A stretch of DNA of 64,000 nt, from assembly GCA_040384705.1 (NCBI GenBank), contig JAZKIU010000001.1:153907-217906 (forward strand). Reading direction: 5' to 3'. This DNA is from Patescibacteria group bacterium (GTDB lineage: Bacteria; Patescibacteriota; Minisyncoccia; Phycocordibacterales; Phycocordibacteraceae). Made by a program: the position numbers and the translations under genes. The notes under the pieces are model-generated. The model had not been told where the DNA came from. It saw only the letters and a list, made by a program, of their open reading frames with translations, and did no database searches. Within the stretch, counting starts at the first letter, position 1, and each line of letters opens with the position of its first letter. This document shows, one piece after another, positions 28,337 to 40,310 of this stretch.

Positions 28337-28891
28337 ATGTCACGCCTCATCCCCGTCATCGGTATCCTCCTCGCAATCGGCCTCTTCTTCGGGTATATCA
28401 ACCCGACGCTTACGGGACCTATCGCGGTGGCGAAGCAGCAGATACATGACTACGACAGCGCGCTCAAGGCCGCCGAGCGTTTCAGGCAGAAGGAGGCGCA
28501 GCTCTCGCAGGAGCGCAGTAACATCCCGCCCGAGTCGCTCGCGCGCCTCGAAGCGTTCCTTCCGGACGGCGTCGATAACGTGCAGCTCATCCTCGACCTC
28601 GATGCGCTCGCTACGCGCTCGGGCATCCAGCTCGGGAACTTCGATACGACGGAGGTCGCCGTGGACGCTAGCAACGATGCGGCGGATGGCGTCATAACGC
28701 CGAGTGACCATCCGGTCGATTCCATCGAGCTCACGATGAGCGGAAAGGGGACCTATGCGGCATTCCGCACCTTCCTCGACAATGTCGAGGTGAGCCTCCG
28801 TCCGCTCGACCTCATCGCGCTCGATGTGCAGACCACCGAGACGGGGGTCTATACCTACAACATGACGTTCCGCCTCTACTGGCTCCGCTAA
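28337..28891 (+). CDS. pilO: PilO-like pilus assembly protein
   Basis: Single N-terminal TM + coiled coil; position. Confidence 0.55.
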   Translation: MSRLIPVIGILLAIGLFFGYINPTLTGPIAVAKQQIHDYDSALKAAERFRQKEAQLSQERSNIPPESLARLEAFLPDGVDNVQLILDLDALATRSGIQLGNFDTTEVAVDASNDAADGVITPSDHPVDSIELTMSGKGTYAAFRTFLDNVEVSLRPLDLIALDVQTTETGVYTYNMTFRLYWLR

Positions 28892-28897
28892 TATCAT

Positions 28898-29206
28898 ATG
28901 AACCCGAACTCTTTCCATATCTCGCGAACCGTAGCCGTCCTGGTCGCGCTCGCCGTCATCATCGCGCTCGCCGTGGGGTACACACTCATGAAGAACGATG
29001 AGTCCGATAGCACGGTATCGGTGACCGGAGGCGCTGCTACCGCAAGCGAAGCCAACTTCGTGACGCTCGCCGGCGAGCTCGACTCCATCGTCTTCGATAC
29101 GAGCATCTTCAGCGATCCGCGCTTCCTCGCGCTCGTCGATATCCATACCGCTATCACGCCTGAGGTGCCAGGACGCAACGATCCGTTCGCTCCGCTCGGT
29201 CGCTAA
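28898..29206 (+). CDS. Small membrane-anchored protein, possible PilP-like component
   Basis: N-terminal TM, position between pilO and pilB. Confidence 0.35.
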   Translation: MNPNSFHISRTVAVLVALAVIIALAVGYTLMKNDESDSTVSVTGGAATASEANFVTLAGELDSIVFDTSIFSDPRFLALVDIHTAITPEVPGRNDPFAPLGR

Positions 29207-29293
29207 CCACAGCCGCTGCGATCTTATGCACGAATGCATCGCGTTCGTGCGCTATCATGGACGCATGCTCCGTTCTTGCGCCGCACTCCATAT

Positions 29294-31060
29294 ATGAATA
29301 CGCTCTCGCTGCTCGTCGAGACCGGACTCCTCAAGCAGGAGGACGCTGCCGCTATAACCGCGGAAGCGAAAGGTTCCGCGACGTCCATCGAGACGCTTCT
29401 CGAGAAGCGCGGCATCACGGTCGAGCAGATGCTGAAAGCGAAGAGCGAGCGGTACGACATGCCGTACAGGATACTTCCGGCGCAGGAGATAGCGCACGAA
29501 GCGCTCGAGTTCATCCCGGAGGAATCCGCACGCCACTATCGCTTCGTCCCGCTCGCTATCGCCGACGCTGCGCTCGAGGTCGGTATCGTCGACCCGGATA
29601 ATCTCGAAGCGCTCGATGCGCTGCAGTTCATATCATCCCGGGTCGGCATGCCATACAAGCTCTCGCTCATCAGCGAGACCGATTTCGCGCGCGTCATAAA
29701 GGAGTACGAGAACCTCACCGGGGAAGTGGGCGAGGCGCTCACCGAATACGAAGGCACGCTCGAGATAGATATGCAGCAGGACAAGGAGGAGGATACGGGC
29801 ATCGTCGAGGAGCAAGCCATAAAGGCGGATGCTCCGGTCACGAAGATAGTGGCGACCATACTCCGATACGCAGTGGAAGGAGGTGCGTCCGACATCCACA
29901 TAGAGCCTACCGACGAGAAGACCCGCGTGCGTTTCCGCATGGATGGCGAGCTGCATACCTCGCTCGAGCTCCCGACCAAGGTGCATCCGGCGGTCGTCGC
30001 GCGCATCAAGATCCTTTCGCAGATGCGCCTCGACGAGAAGCGTAAGCCGCAGGACGGCCGTTTCTCGGCGACGGTGGAAGGCAGGCGTATCGACTTCCGT
30101 GTCTCGACGTTCCCGACGCCTGATGGGGAGAAGGTCGTGATGCGTATCCTCGATCGTGCGAAGTCCATCGCCTCCCTTGATGATCTCGGCCTTTCCCCTT
30201 CGGACCTCGCCCGCGTGAAGGACATCATCCGCAAGCCGTACGGCATCATCCTCGTCGCAGGGCCGACGGGTTCGGGTAAATCGACGACCTTGTTCGCTAT
30301 GCTCTCGGCGCTCGATAGGGAAGCCTCCAACGTGGTGTCGGTGGAGGACCCGGTCGAGTACGAGATACCGGGCGTCGCGCAATCGCAGGTCCGTCCTGAG
30401 ATCGGCTACACGTTCGCCTCGGGACTCCGCTCCATCCTGCGTCAGGACCCGGACGTCATCATGGTGGGAGAGATACGTGATAAGGAGACGGCGCAGCTTG
30501 CTATACAGGCTGCGCTCACCGGTCACCTCGTCTTCTCGACCATCCACACGAACACCGCCGCAGGCGTCATCCCGCGCCTCATCGACATGGGTGTCGATCC
30601 GTACCTCATCGCGCCGACGCTCATCGCCGCCGTCGGTCAGCGTCTCGTGCGCAAGCTGTGCCCGGGAGCCGGGCAGGCCACGCCGGTGTCGGACTCCATC
30701 CGAGTGCTCCTTGAGAAAGAATTCGAGGATTTGCCTGCCTCGGCCAAGGTGAATCTGCCCGCGTTCGACAATATCTACCACGCCCAGGCGACGCCGGACT
30801 GCCCGAACGGTACCCGTGGCCGCCTCGCTGTCTTCGAGTTCCTCGAGATGGATAAGGAGCTCGAGCAGGTGGTGCTCGCCCAGCCGCAGGAGGAGAAAGT
30901 GTTCGCCGCAGCGCGTGCAAAAGGCATGTATACCATGCGCGAGGATGCTATCATGAAGGCACTCGCTGGCGAGATACCGTTCGAGGAAGTCAATACCTTG
31001 GGCGGCACTTACTTCGCAATCGACGAACCTGAAGAGACCCTCCCTGAACCAGTCGTATGA
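29294..31060 (+). CDS. pilB: Type IV pilus assembly (extension) ATPase PilB/GspE
   Basis: N-terminal GSPII_E_N domain, Walker A GPTGSGKSTT, Asp/His boxes; start at MNTLSLL. Confidence 0.9.
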   Translation: MNTLSLLVETGLLKQEDAAAITAEAKGSATSIETLLEKRGITVEQMLKAKSERYDMPYRILPAQEIAHEALEFIPEESARHYRFVPLAIADAALEVGIVDPDNLEALDALQFISSRVGMPYKLSLISETDFARVIKEYENLTGEVGEALTEYEGTLEIDMQQDKEEDTGIVEEQAIKADAPVTKIVATILRYAVEGGASDIHIEPTDEKTRVRFRMDGELHTSLELPTKVHPAVVARIKILSQMRLDEKRKPQDGRFSATVEGRRIDFRVSTFPTPDGEKVVMRILDRAKSIASLDDLGLSPSDLARVKDIIRKPYGIILVAGPTGSGKSTTLFAMLSALDREASNVVSVEDPVEYEIPGVAQSQVRPEIGYTFASGLRSILRQDPDVIMVGEIRDKETAQLAIQAALTGHLVFSTIHTNTAAGVIPRLIDMGVDPYLIAPTLIAAVGQRLVRKLCPGAGQATPVSDSIRVLLEKEFEDLPASAKVNLPAFDNIYHAQATPDCPNGTRGRLAVFEFLEMDKELEQVVLAQPQEEKVFAAARAKGMYTMREDAIMKALAGEIPFEEVNTLGGTYFAIDEPEETLPEPVV

Positions 31061-31443
31061 ACACCTATCGCCTCTATCTCGTAGATGATGACCGTTTCCT
31101 ACTCGATATGTACGCCGTCAAATTCAAGGCGGCGGGCCACGAAGTGACCGCGTTCTCAAAAGGCGAGGAGCTTCTCGCTGCGCTCCGCGAGCAGCCGGCG
31201 CCGAACGCGCTCCTGCTCGACGTCGTGATGCCGGGAATGAGCGGATTCGACATACTCGATGTCATCCGCAAGGAGAATCTCGCACCGGGCATGAAGGTCA
31301 TTATCCTCTCGAACCAGGGACAGGACGCCGACCTCAACCGTGCGAAGGAGCTCAAGGCCGATGGGTACATCATCAAGGCCTCCGCCATCCCGTCCGAAGT
31401 ATTCACGGAGACTATAAAGATAATAGAGACTAATCCTGCATGA
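31057..31443 (+). CDS. CheY-like single-domain response regulator (PilH/PilG-like)
   Basis: Receiver domain LVDDD ... LLLDVVMPGMSG ... IIKA; embedded between pilB and pilT with overlapping stops/starts. Confidence 0.8.
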   Translation: MNTYRLYLVDDDRFLLDMYAVKFKAAGHEVTAFSKGEELLAALREQPAPNALLLDVVMPGMSGFDILDVIRKENLAPGMKVIILSNQGQDADLNRAKELKADGYIIKASAIPSEVFTETIKIIETNPA

Positions 31444-32501
31444 CCTCGATGAATCGTATACAATCGCTCCTCGATACGGTCGTACGCGAAGGTGGTTCCG
31501 ACCTCCATATATCGGTCGGTTCTCCTCCCATTATCCGTGTAGCAGGCGCGCTCGTGCCGCTCGTGCAGGAGGCCGTGCTCACGCCGGACGAGACGAAGGA
31601 GATGCTCAAATCGGTAGCTCCGCAGAACATGTGGCCGAAGTTCGAGGCCGAGCAGGCTGTCGACTTCTCGCTCGCGCATACCGACGGCAACCGCTTCCGC
31701 GTGAACGGGTACGTGGTGCAGGGCGCGGTCGTCATCGCGATGCGTCTCATCCCGAAGGAGATACGCACGTTCACGGACCTCAACCTTCCTTCGGTGCTTG
31801 AGGTGTTCAGCCAGAAGCAGCAGGGATTCTTCCTCGTGGTGGGTCCGGTGGGGCAGGGCAAGTCGACGACGCTCGCCGCTATCATCGACCGAATCAACGA
31901 GACACGCGCCGAGCACATCGTCACTATCGAGGATCCGGTGGAGTACCTCTTCGAGCAGAAGAAGTCCCTCATCCATCAGCGCGAAGTGCATATCGATACG
32001 CCGGACTTCGCCGCAGCGCTCAACTCGGCGTTCCGCGAGGACGTGAACGTCATCATGGTGGGAGAGATGCGCAACTACGAGACTATCTCGGCAGCAGTCA
32101 CCGCAGCCGAGACGGGACACCTCGTGCTTTCGACGCTCCACACGAATAACGCGGCGCAGACCATCGACCGCATCATCGACATGTTCCCGCCGAACCAGCA
32201 GTCGCAGGTGCGCGTGCAGCTCGCAGGCTCCCTTGCCGGCATCTTCTCTCAGCGCCTCGTGCCGCGCATATCAGGCGGCCAGGTCCCGGCCTATGAGCTC
32301 CTCATAAACAACAGCGCGGTCGCGAACCTTATCCGCGAAGGACGCACGCACGAGATATCGACGGTGGTGCAGACCTCGAGCCAGGAGGGAATGATAGATA
32401 TGGACCGCTCGCTCGCCGAGCTCGTGCGGAAGGGGGAAGTCACCATTGAGCACGCGTACGAGCGCGCGATGGACCCGAAGACCTTCGAACGATACCTCTA
32501 A
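31440..32501 (+). CDS. pilT: Twitching motility (retraction) ATPase PilT
   Basis: Walker A GPVGQGKSTT, PilT-type motifs. Confidence 0.9.
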   Translation: MTSMNRIQSLLDTVVREGGSDLHISVGSPPIIRVAGALVPLVQEAVLTPDETKEMLKSVAPQNMWPKFEAEQAVDFSLAHTDGNRFRVNGYVVQGAVVIAMRLIPKEIRTFTDLNLPSVLEVFSQKQQGFFLVVGPVGQGKSTTLAAIIDRINETRAEHIVTIEDPVEYLFEQKKSLIHQREVHIDTPDFAAALNSAFREDVNVIMVGEMRNYETISAAVTAAETGHLVLSTLHTNNAAQTIDRIIDMFPPNQQSQVRVQLAGSLAGIFSQRLVPRISGGQVPAYELLINNSAVANLIREGRTHEISTVVQTSSQEGMIDMDRSLAELVRKGEVTIEHAYERAMDPKTFERYL

Positions 32502-32504
32502 CCT

Positions 32505-33710
32505 ATGCTTTTTTCATACCGAGCACTCGATACCGATGGGCATGAGCGTCAGGGGACTATCGAGGCCCTGTCGATGGACGTCGCGGTGTCGACGCTCCAG
32601 CGGCGCAACCTCATCGTCTCTTCGATCGAGCCTATGGGGAAGAAGGATCCGCTCAAGGTGGAGTTCAGCTTCCTCAAGAGCGTTTCGAACAAGGATATCG
32701 TCATATTGTCGCGGCAGATAGCGACGCTGTTCGAGGCGCAGGTCTCCGCGCTCCGCGTGTTCCGCTTGCTTGCGGCTGAGGTCGATAACCGGCACCTTTC
32801 CGAGATACTTACGCAGGTCGCTGACGACCTCCAAGGAGGAAGCCCTATCAGCAAGGCGATGGCGCGCCACCCCAAGGTGTTCACTACCTTCTATGTGAAC
32901 ATGGTGCGCTCGGGCGAGGAGTCCGGAAAGCTCTCCGAGACCTTCGGGTATCTCGCCGATTATCTCGACCGAACGTACGAGGTCGCGAGCAAGGCGCAGA
33001 ACGCCCTCATCTATCCAGCCTTCGTCATAACTGTGTTCTTCGTGGTGATGGCGCTCATGCTCACCATGGTCATCCCGAAGGTGAGCCAGATACTCATAGA
33101 CTCGGGCCAGGAGGTCCCGCTCTATACGCAGATAGTCATCGGCCTCTCCATGTTCCTCGTGAATTACGGCTTCTTCTTCCTCATCGCGCTCGTGGTCGGC
33201 GGCTTCTTCGCGTACCGCTGGGCGCAGACCCCGCCGGGTCGCCTCTTCTTCGATGACCTGAAGCTCGAAGTGCCGTACATCGGCGACCTCTACGAGAAGC
33301 TCTATCTCTCCCGCATCGCCGATAACTTCGCGACGATGCTCATGTCCGGCGTGCCGGTGGTGGAGTCGGTGGAGATAACCGCGTCGGTGGTGGGGAACGC
33401 ACGCTACGAAGCGGTGCTTAAGGACGTGGGAGACCAGGTGAAGGGCGGCGCACCTATCTCGGACGCGCTCTCGCGCCACCCGGAGATACCGGGAATCATG
33501 AGTGCCATGGTGAAGGTGGGCGAGGAAACGGGCGAGCTCGGCAATATCCTCACTACGCTCGCGAAGTTCTATCGTCGCGAGGTGAGCAATGCCGTCGACA
33601 CGCTCGTCGACCTCATCGAGCCGATGATGATCGTGCTTCTCGGCCTTGGCGTCGGTGTCCTGCTCGCCTCGGTGCTCGTGCCTATCTACAATCTCGCTGG
33701 TTCGATATAG
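32505..33710 (+). CDS. pilC: Type IV pilus platform protein PilC/GspF
   Basis: Two GspF repeats, 3 TM. Confidence 0.9.
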   Translation: MLFSYRALDTDGHERQGTIEALSMDVAVSTLQRRNLIVSSIEPMGKKDPLKVEFSFLKSVSNKDIVILSRQIATLFEAQVSALRVFRLLAAEVDNRHLSEILTQVADDLQGGSPISKAMARHPKVFTTFYVNMVRSGEESGKLSETFGYLADYLDRTYEVASKAQNALIYPAFVITVFFVVMALMLTMVIPKVSQILIDSGQEVPLYTQIVIGLSMFLVNYGFFFLIALVVGGFFAYRWAQTPPGRLFFDDLKLEVPYIGDLYEKLYLSRIADNFATMLMSGVPVVESVEITASVVGNARYEAVLKDVGDQVKGGAPISDALSRHPEIPGIMSAMVKVGEETGELGNILTTLAKFYRREVSNAVDTLVDLIEPMMIVLLGLGVGVLLASVLVPIYNLAGSI

Positions 33711-33834
33711 TCGGTTCCGTTTCCTCTACGGATGACCTTTATCCACACGCAGCGAAATACGCGATGCATCATCTCGTACAATAGGAGCAAGCGGATATTT
33801 TTACTCGTAACCGCGTAACCATCACTTCATAATT

Positions 33835-34347
33835 ATGAATCTTGCACCTTCAGGCATCCGTCAGGGACATCTTCGAGGTTTCACCCTCATCGAGCTCCTC
33901 GTCGTGATAGCTATCATCGGCATCCTCTCGTCGGTGGTGCTCGCATCGCTCAACACCGCGCGCAATAAGGGTGCGGACGCGGCGGTCAAATCGAACCTCT
34001 CTTCAGCTCGTGCTGAGGCGGAAATCTTCTACGACAGCAACAACAACCGTTATTCCACGACCGTCACGGCACCTACCATGACCGGTACGGGCGGTACGGG
34101 CGTCTGCGCCGCAACCGGCGCGAATGTCATCGGCGATAGCGTTAACGCTGCGCTCGGTGCTTCCGGTAGCTCCGCAACGCTTGCAACGTCCTGCTATGCC
34201 AACTCCGAGCGTTGGGCAGCCATGGTAGCGCTCAAGACGACCACGGCTGAAATCTACTGCGTCGACTCCACGGGTTACGCAAGCAGTACCAACCCTGGTC
34301 CGGCTATCAGTGCGGACGCGAACTGCGACTCCGACTCCACCTACTAG
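33835..34347 (+). CDS. Type IV pilin (prepilin N-terminal cleavage/methylation domain), candidate major pilin
   Basis: Class III signal RG-FTLIELLVVIAIIGILS; Cys pair near C-terminus; strong terminator 34364-34397. Confidence 0.8.
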   Translation: MNLAPSGIRQGHLRGFTLIELLVVIAIIGILSSVVLASLNTARNKGADAAVKSNLSSARAEAEIFYDSNNNRYSTTVTAPTMTGTGGTGVCAATGANVIGDSVNAALGASGSSATLATSCYANSERWAAMVALKTTTAEIYCVDSTGYASSTNPGPAISADANCDSDSTY

Positions 34348-34448
34348 CCTTACGCACGTAGGAAAAGCAAAAAAGCCCCATTCGGGGCTTTTGCTTTTAC
34401 TTCCCATGCGCACGCTATACTTATGCCCATATCAATGACTTTAGTCGC

Positions 34449-34919
34449 ATGCAGCACCTGACCTCATCCGCCCGGAAGGGCTTCACCCTCATCGAGCTCC
34501 TCGTCGTGATAGCTATCATCGGCATCCTCTCGTCGGTGGTGCTCACCTCGATACGGGTCGCACGCGATAAGGGTCAGGACGCCGCAGTCAGGTCGAACCT
34601 GAGCGGTGTTCGTGCTCAAGCGGAACTCTATCACGACGCGAACAATAAGAGTTTCGTGAACGTGTGCCTCGACAACGCGGGCGCCGACGTGAAGAGCATC
34701 TACACGCTCGTGTGGGGTGCGACACTTGCGGGCGGCGGCAATACTATAGGGACGGGCCCGACGACCCAGCTGCAGGCTTCATGCAATTCGGACGATGCGC
34801 TGTGGGCAGCGGAGGCTGCGCTCAAGACCGGGGGGTTCTACTGCGTGGATAGCGTTGGAGGAGTTGCGACCTCTTCGATAGCGCTCCTGCAGGCAAGCAC
34901 GGATCTTGATTGCCAATAA
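34449..34919 (+). CDS. Type IV pilin paralog
   Basis: KG-FTLIELLVVIAIIGILSSVVL identical N-terminal helix to upstream pilin. Confidence 0.8.
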   Translation: MQHLTSSARKGFTLIELLVVIAIIGILSSVVLTSIRVARDKGQDAAVRSNLSGVRAQAELYHDANNKSFVNVCLDNAGADVKSIYTLVWGATLAGGGNTIGTGPTTQLQASCNSDDALWAAEAALKTGGFYCVDSVGGVATSSIALLQASTDLDCQ

Positions 34920-34969
34920 TCCTGTGCGCAGCCGCGCGCGCATGTGCTCACGTCCGTTATACTGAACGC

Positions 34970-35719
34970 ATGACGCTTCTAGCTTTCGCGTTCGGGATTC
35001 TCGGCGCCATACTCGCGAGCTTCATCGGCGTGCTCTCTGAGCGCCTCTATACAGGAGAGCGATGGGCGAGCGACCGCTCCCGCTGCAATTCATGCAGCAC
35101 CCAGCTCGGGCTCCTCGACCTCGTTCCGGTCGCTTCCTGGCTCTCCACCTATGGGAGGTGCGGGTATTGCGGGATCAGGCTTCCGCTAAGCTATGTGGTT
35201 ACGGAAGCCGCGCTCGGCATCCTCTTCGCGCTCTCGTACCTTACGTTCGGGCTCGCTCCTGTGCTCATGCCGTTCCTCGGAGCGCTCTGCGTCCTCGCGT
35301 TCATAGTGCTCTACGATATGCGGCATACCATCGTGCCGCCGGCAGCGTCCACGCTCTTCGTCGCCCTCTCCGTTACCGCAAGCTACCTCAGCTCGTTCGA
35401 CATACGGGACTTCGGGCTCACGCTTCTCTTCGCCGGCATCATCGGCACTGCATTCTTCCTGTTCCATGCGCTCTCGCGCGGGCGTTTGATGGGGCTGGGG
35501 GATAGTCCGGTCGCGCTCGGTCTCGCGCTCCTGGTGGGGTTCGCCGCTGCGTTCCCGGGCCTCATCTTCTCCTTCTGGATAGGTGCGTTGTGCGGCATCG
35601 CTATATTGGTAGCTACGCCTAAGGGGCATAGAATAGGTATTGAGGTGCCGTTCGTGCCGTTCCTGGCCGCCGGCTTCCTGCTCGCATTCTTCACCCAATG
35701 GAACCCATTCCTTTTCTAA
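34970..35719 (+). CDS. pilD: Prepilin peptidase PilD (A24 family)
   Basis: CNSC...CGYC zinc motif, multiple TM helices. Confidence 0.8.
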   Translation: MTLLAFAFGILGAILASFIGVLSERLYTGERWASDRSRCNSCSTQLGLLDLVPVASWLSTYGRCGYCGIRLPLSYVVTEAALGILFALSYLTFGLAPVLMPFLGALCVLAFIVLYDMRHTIVPPAASTLFVALSVTASYLSSFDIRDFGLTLLFAGIIGTAFFLFHALSRGRLMGLGDSPVALGLALLVGFAAAFPGLIFSFWIGALCGIAILVATPKGHRIGIEVPFVPFLAAGFLLAFFTQWNPFLF

Positions 35720-36408
35720 GAGACGCAAAACAGGGAGCGGCCTCAGTTAGGGGCTTCTCCCTCGTGGAGATGCTCGTCGTCCTTTCCATAATCGTCATCG
35801 TGACCCTCATCGCCGTGATGGGGCAGAGCACGTTCAACCGCTCGCTCCTCCTTACTGATACGACGTACACGATTGCATTCTCCGTACGCGAGGCGCAGAC
35901 GCTCGGCCTTTCAAGCCGTGTCTCGGGAAGCGTGTATGGGGCAGGGTACGGTGTCCGCTTCTCGACCCTCACTCCTACCTCCTATATCCTCTTCGCCGAT
36001 ACCTCGCCGTCCGCACCTGGCAGCACTCAATCGGGCCTCTGTCCCGGTCATACGCAGCCATCGACGTCGCCGGAGACGCATCCGGGCAACTGCATCTATG
36101 ACCCGTCTGCCACGCCTGCCGAGCTCGTCCGCACCTACTCGCTCAGCAGGGGATTCAATATATATAAGTTCTGCGGGAGCGCGCTCGTCGGCGGGGCGTT
36201 GCGTTGCTCCACCACCGGGGACTTCGAGACCATGCACATCACGTTCATGCGTCCCTCTACCGATACCATCATCTTCGGGAGGACGACGAGCGGAACGCTG
36301 CTCGCGCTCCGCGACGCGAAGATATACCTGCGCTCGCCGGACGGCCTCGCCGAGCGCTGCGTCGTCGTCTCGAAGGTGGGCCAGGTAGCCGTCACAGATT
36401 GCCTATGA
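35698..36408 (+). CDS. Minor pilin / pseudopilin 1
   Basis: Prepilin motif RG-FSLVEMLVVLSIIVIV. Confidence 0.6.
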   Translation: MEPIPFLRDAKQGAASVRGFSLVEMLVVLSIIVIVTLIAVMGQSTFNRSLLLTDTTYTIAFSVREAQTLGLSSRVSGSVYGAGYGVRFSTLTPTSYILFADTSPSAPGSTQSGLCPGHTQPSTSPETHPGNCIYDPSATPAELVRTYSLSRGFNIYKFCGSALVGGALRCSTTGDFETMHITFMRPSTDTIIFGRTTSGTLLALRDAKIYLRSPDGLAERCVVVSKVGQVAVTDCL

Positions 36409-36986
36409 TGCGTACACCTGTCCGCGGATACACCCTCCTCGAGCTCATTGTCTCCATCGGCCTCTTCAGCATGGTCATGCTCGTCGTGATGGGACTCTAT
36501 CTCGCGCTCATCAGCCATGATAGGCAAGCGCGCGCGACCAACCAGCTCGTGGCGAACCTCTCGTTCGGCATCGAGAGCATGATACGTAACGTGCGCACCG
36601 GCACCCACTACACGGGCGGTACGACCACGGTTAATTGCGCCACTGCACCAAGCGGTACGAACGGTACGTTCACGCGCCTTACGTTCTGCGATAGCCAGGA
36701 TCAGCCGATGCATTATCGGTTGAATACCTCGGGGACCATCGGCCAGTGCAGCGGATCGGCAGTGACTACCTGCTCGGACGCGACCGCCATACCGCTTACG
36801 GATCCCCGAATAACCATCACGAGCCTCTCGTTCAATGTGCGTGGCGTCGGAACCACGGGCGCGAACGCGCTCGTGCAGCCCCAGGTAACGGTGTCGGTAC
36901 GCGGTACGATGGAGACCGATGCCGGAAAGACTGCCTCGTTCGTCATCCAGACGAGCGGTACGCAGCGCCTGCTCGATATCCCCTAA
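36405..36986 (+). CDS. Minor pilin / pseudopilin 2
   Basis: RG-YTLLELIVSIGLFSMV; ATGATG start overlapping upstream TGA. Confidence 0.6.
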   Translation: MMRTPVRGYTLLELIVSIGLFSMVMLVVMGLYLALISHDRQARATNQLVANLSFGIESMIRNVRTGTHYTGGTTTVNCATAPSGTNGTFTRLTFCDSQDQPMHYRLNTSGTIGQCSGSAVTTCSDATAIPLTDPRITITSLSFNVRGVGTTGANALVQPQVTVSVRGTMETDAGKTASFVIQTSGTQRLLDIP

Positions 36987-36987
36987 T

Positions 36988-37514
36988 ATGAAAGGCTTCA
37001 CCCTCGTCGAGACCCTCGTCGCTATCACCATCATAGTGATAGCGGTGCTAGGGCCCTTCCAGATGGTCCAGCAGGGACTGCTCGCTTCGTACGCGGCGCG
37101 CGACCAATTAATAGCGACGGCGCTTGCCGAAGAGGGTATCGAGTACGTACGTGCCGTACGCGATGGGAACTATCTGTACAATCTCGCGAACCCGAGTACG
37201 CCCCGCTCATGGCTCTTCGGCATCGATGGCACGGGCGGCAGCCCTAACTGCACCACGACCAATGGCTGCGTCGTGGACCCTACGGGCACGACCAACGTGC
37301 TGGTGTGTGGGTCTACCTGCCCGGTTCTGACGGTAAGCTCAGGTTCCCTCTACACCCAGCAGACGGGCAGTGGGTTCACTGCTACGCGCTTCACGAGGAA
37401 GGTGAAGCTTACGAGCATAAGCGCGAACGAGACCCAGCTCACCGTCACCGTTACGTTCAATACGGCACACACCCCATTCACGGTTACGGTGACCGATAAC
37501 CTCTACAACTGGCT

Positions 37515-37518
<4 letters not shown>
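36988..37518 (+). CDS. Minor pilin / pseudopilin 3
   Basis: KG-FTLVETLVAITIIVIAV. Confidence 0.6.
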
Positions 37519-40006
<2,488 letters not shown>

Positions 40007-40019
40007 TAAAGTGGCGGCA

Positions 40020-40310
40020 ATGGCTACTCCCGAAGACGTACAGAAGCTCGCCGCGCTCGCGCGCATAGAGGTCCCCGAGGAGGAGCTCGCTTCCTTCACC
40101 AAGGAATTCGACGCAGTGCTTGCGTACGTGGGGAAGCTCGATGAGCTCACGCTCGCGCATGAGACTCCGACGGCAGGCCTCGTCCGGAACGTGTTCCGCG
40201 AGGACGGCGAGCCGCATGAGAGGGGGAAATACACCAAGGCGCTCGTCGACCAATTCCCCGACAAGGACGGGAACCATCTCCTTGTGAAGAAGATACTTAC
40301 CCATGAGTAA
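40020..40310 (+). CDS. gatC: Asp-tRNA(Asn)/Glu-tRNA(Gln) amidotransferase subunit C
   Basis: ~96 aa, IEVPEEELASFTKEFDAVLAYV typical GatC. Confidence 0.8.
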   Translation: MATPEDVQKLAALARIEVPEEELASFTKEFDAVLAYVGKLDELTLAHETPTAGLVRNVFREDGEPHERGKYTKALVDQFPDKDGNHLLVKKILTHE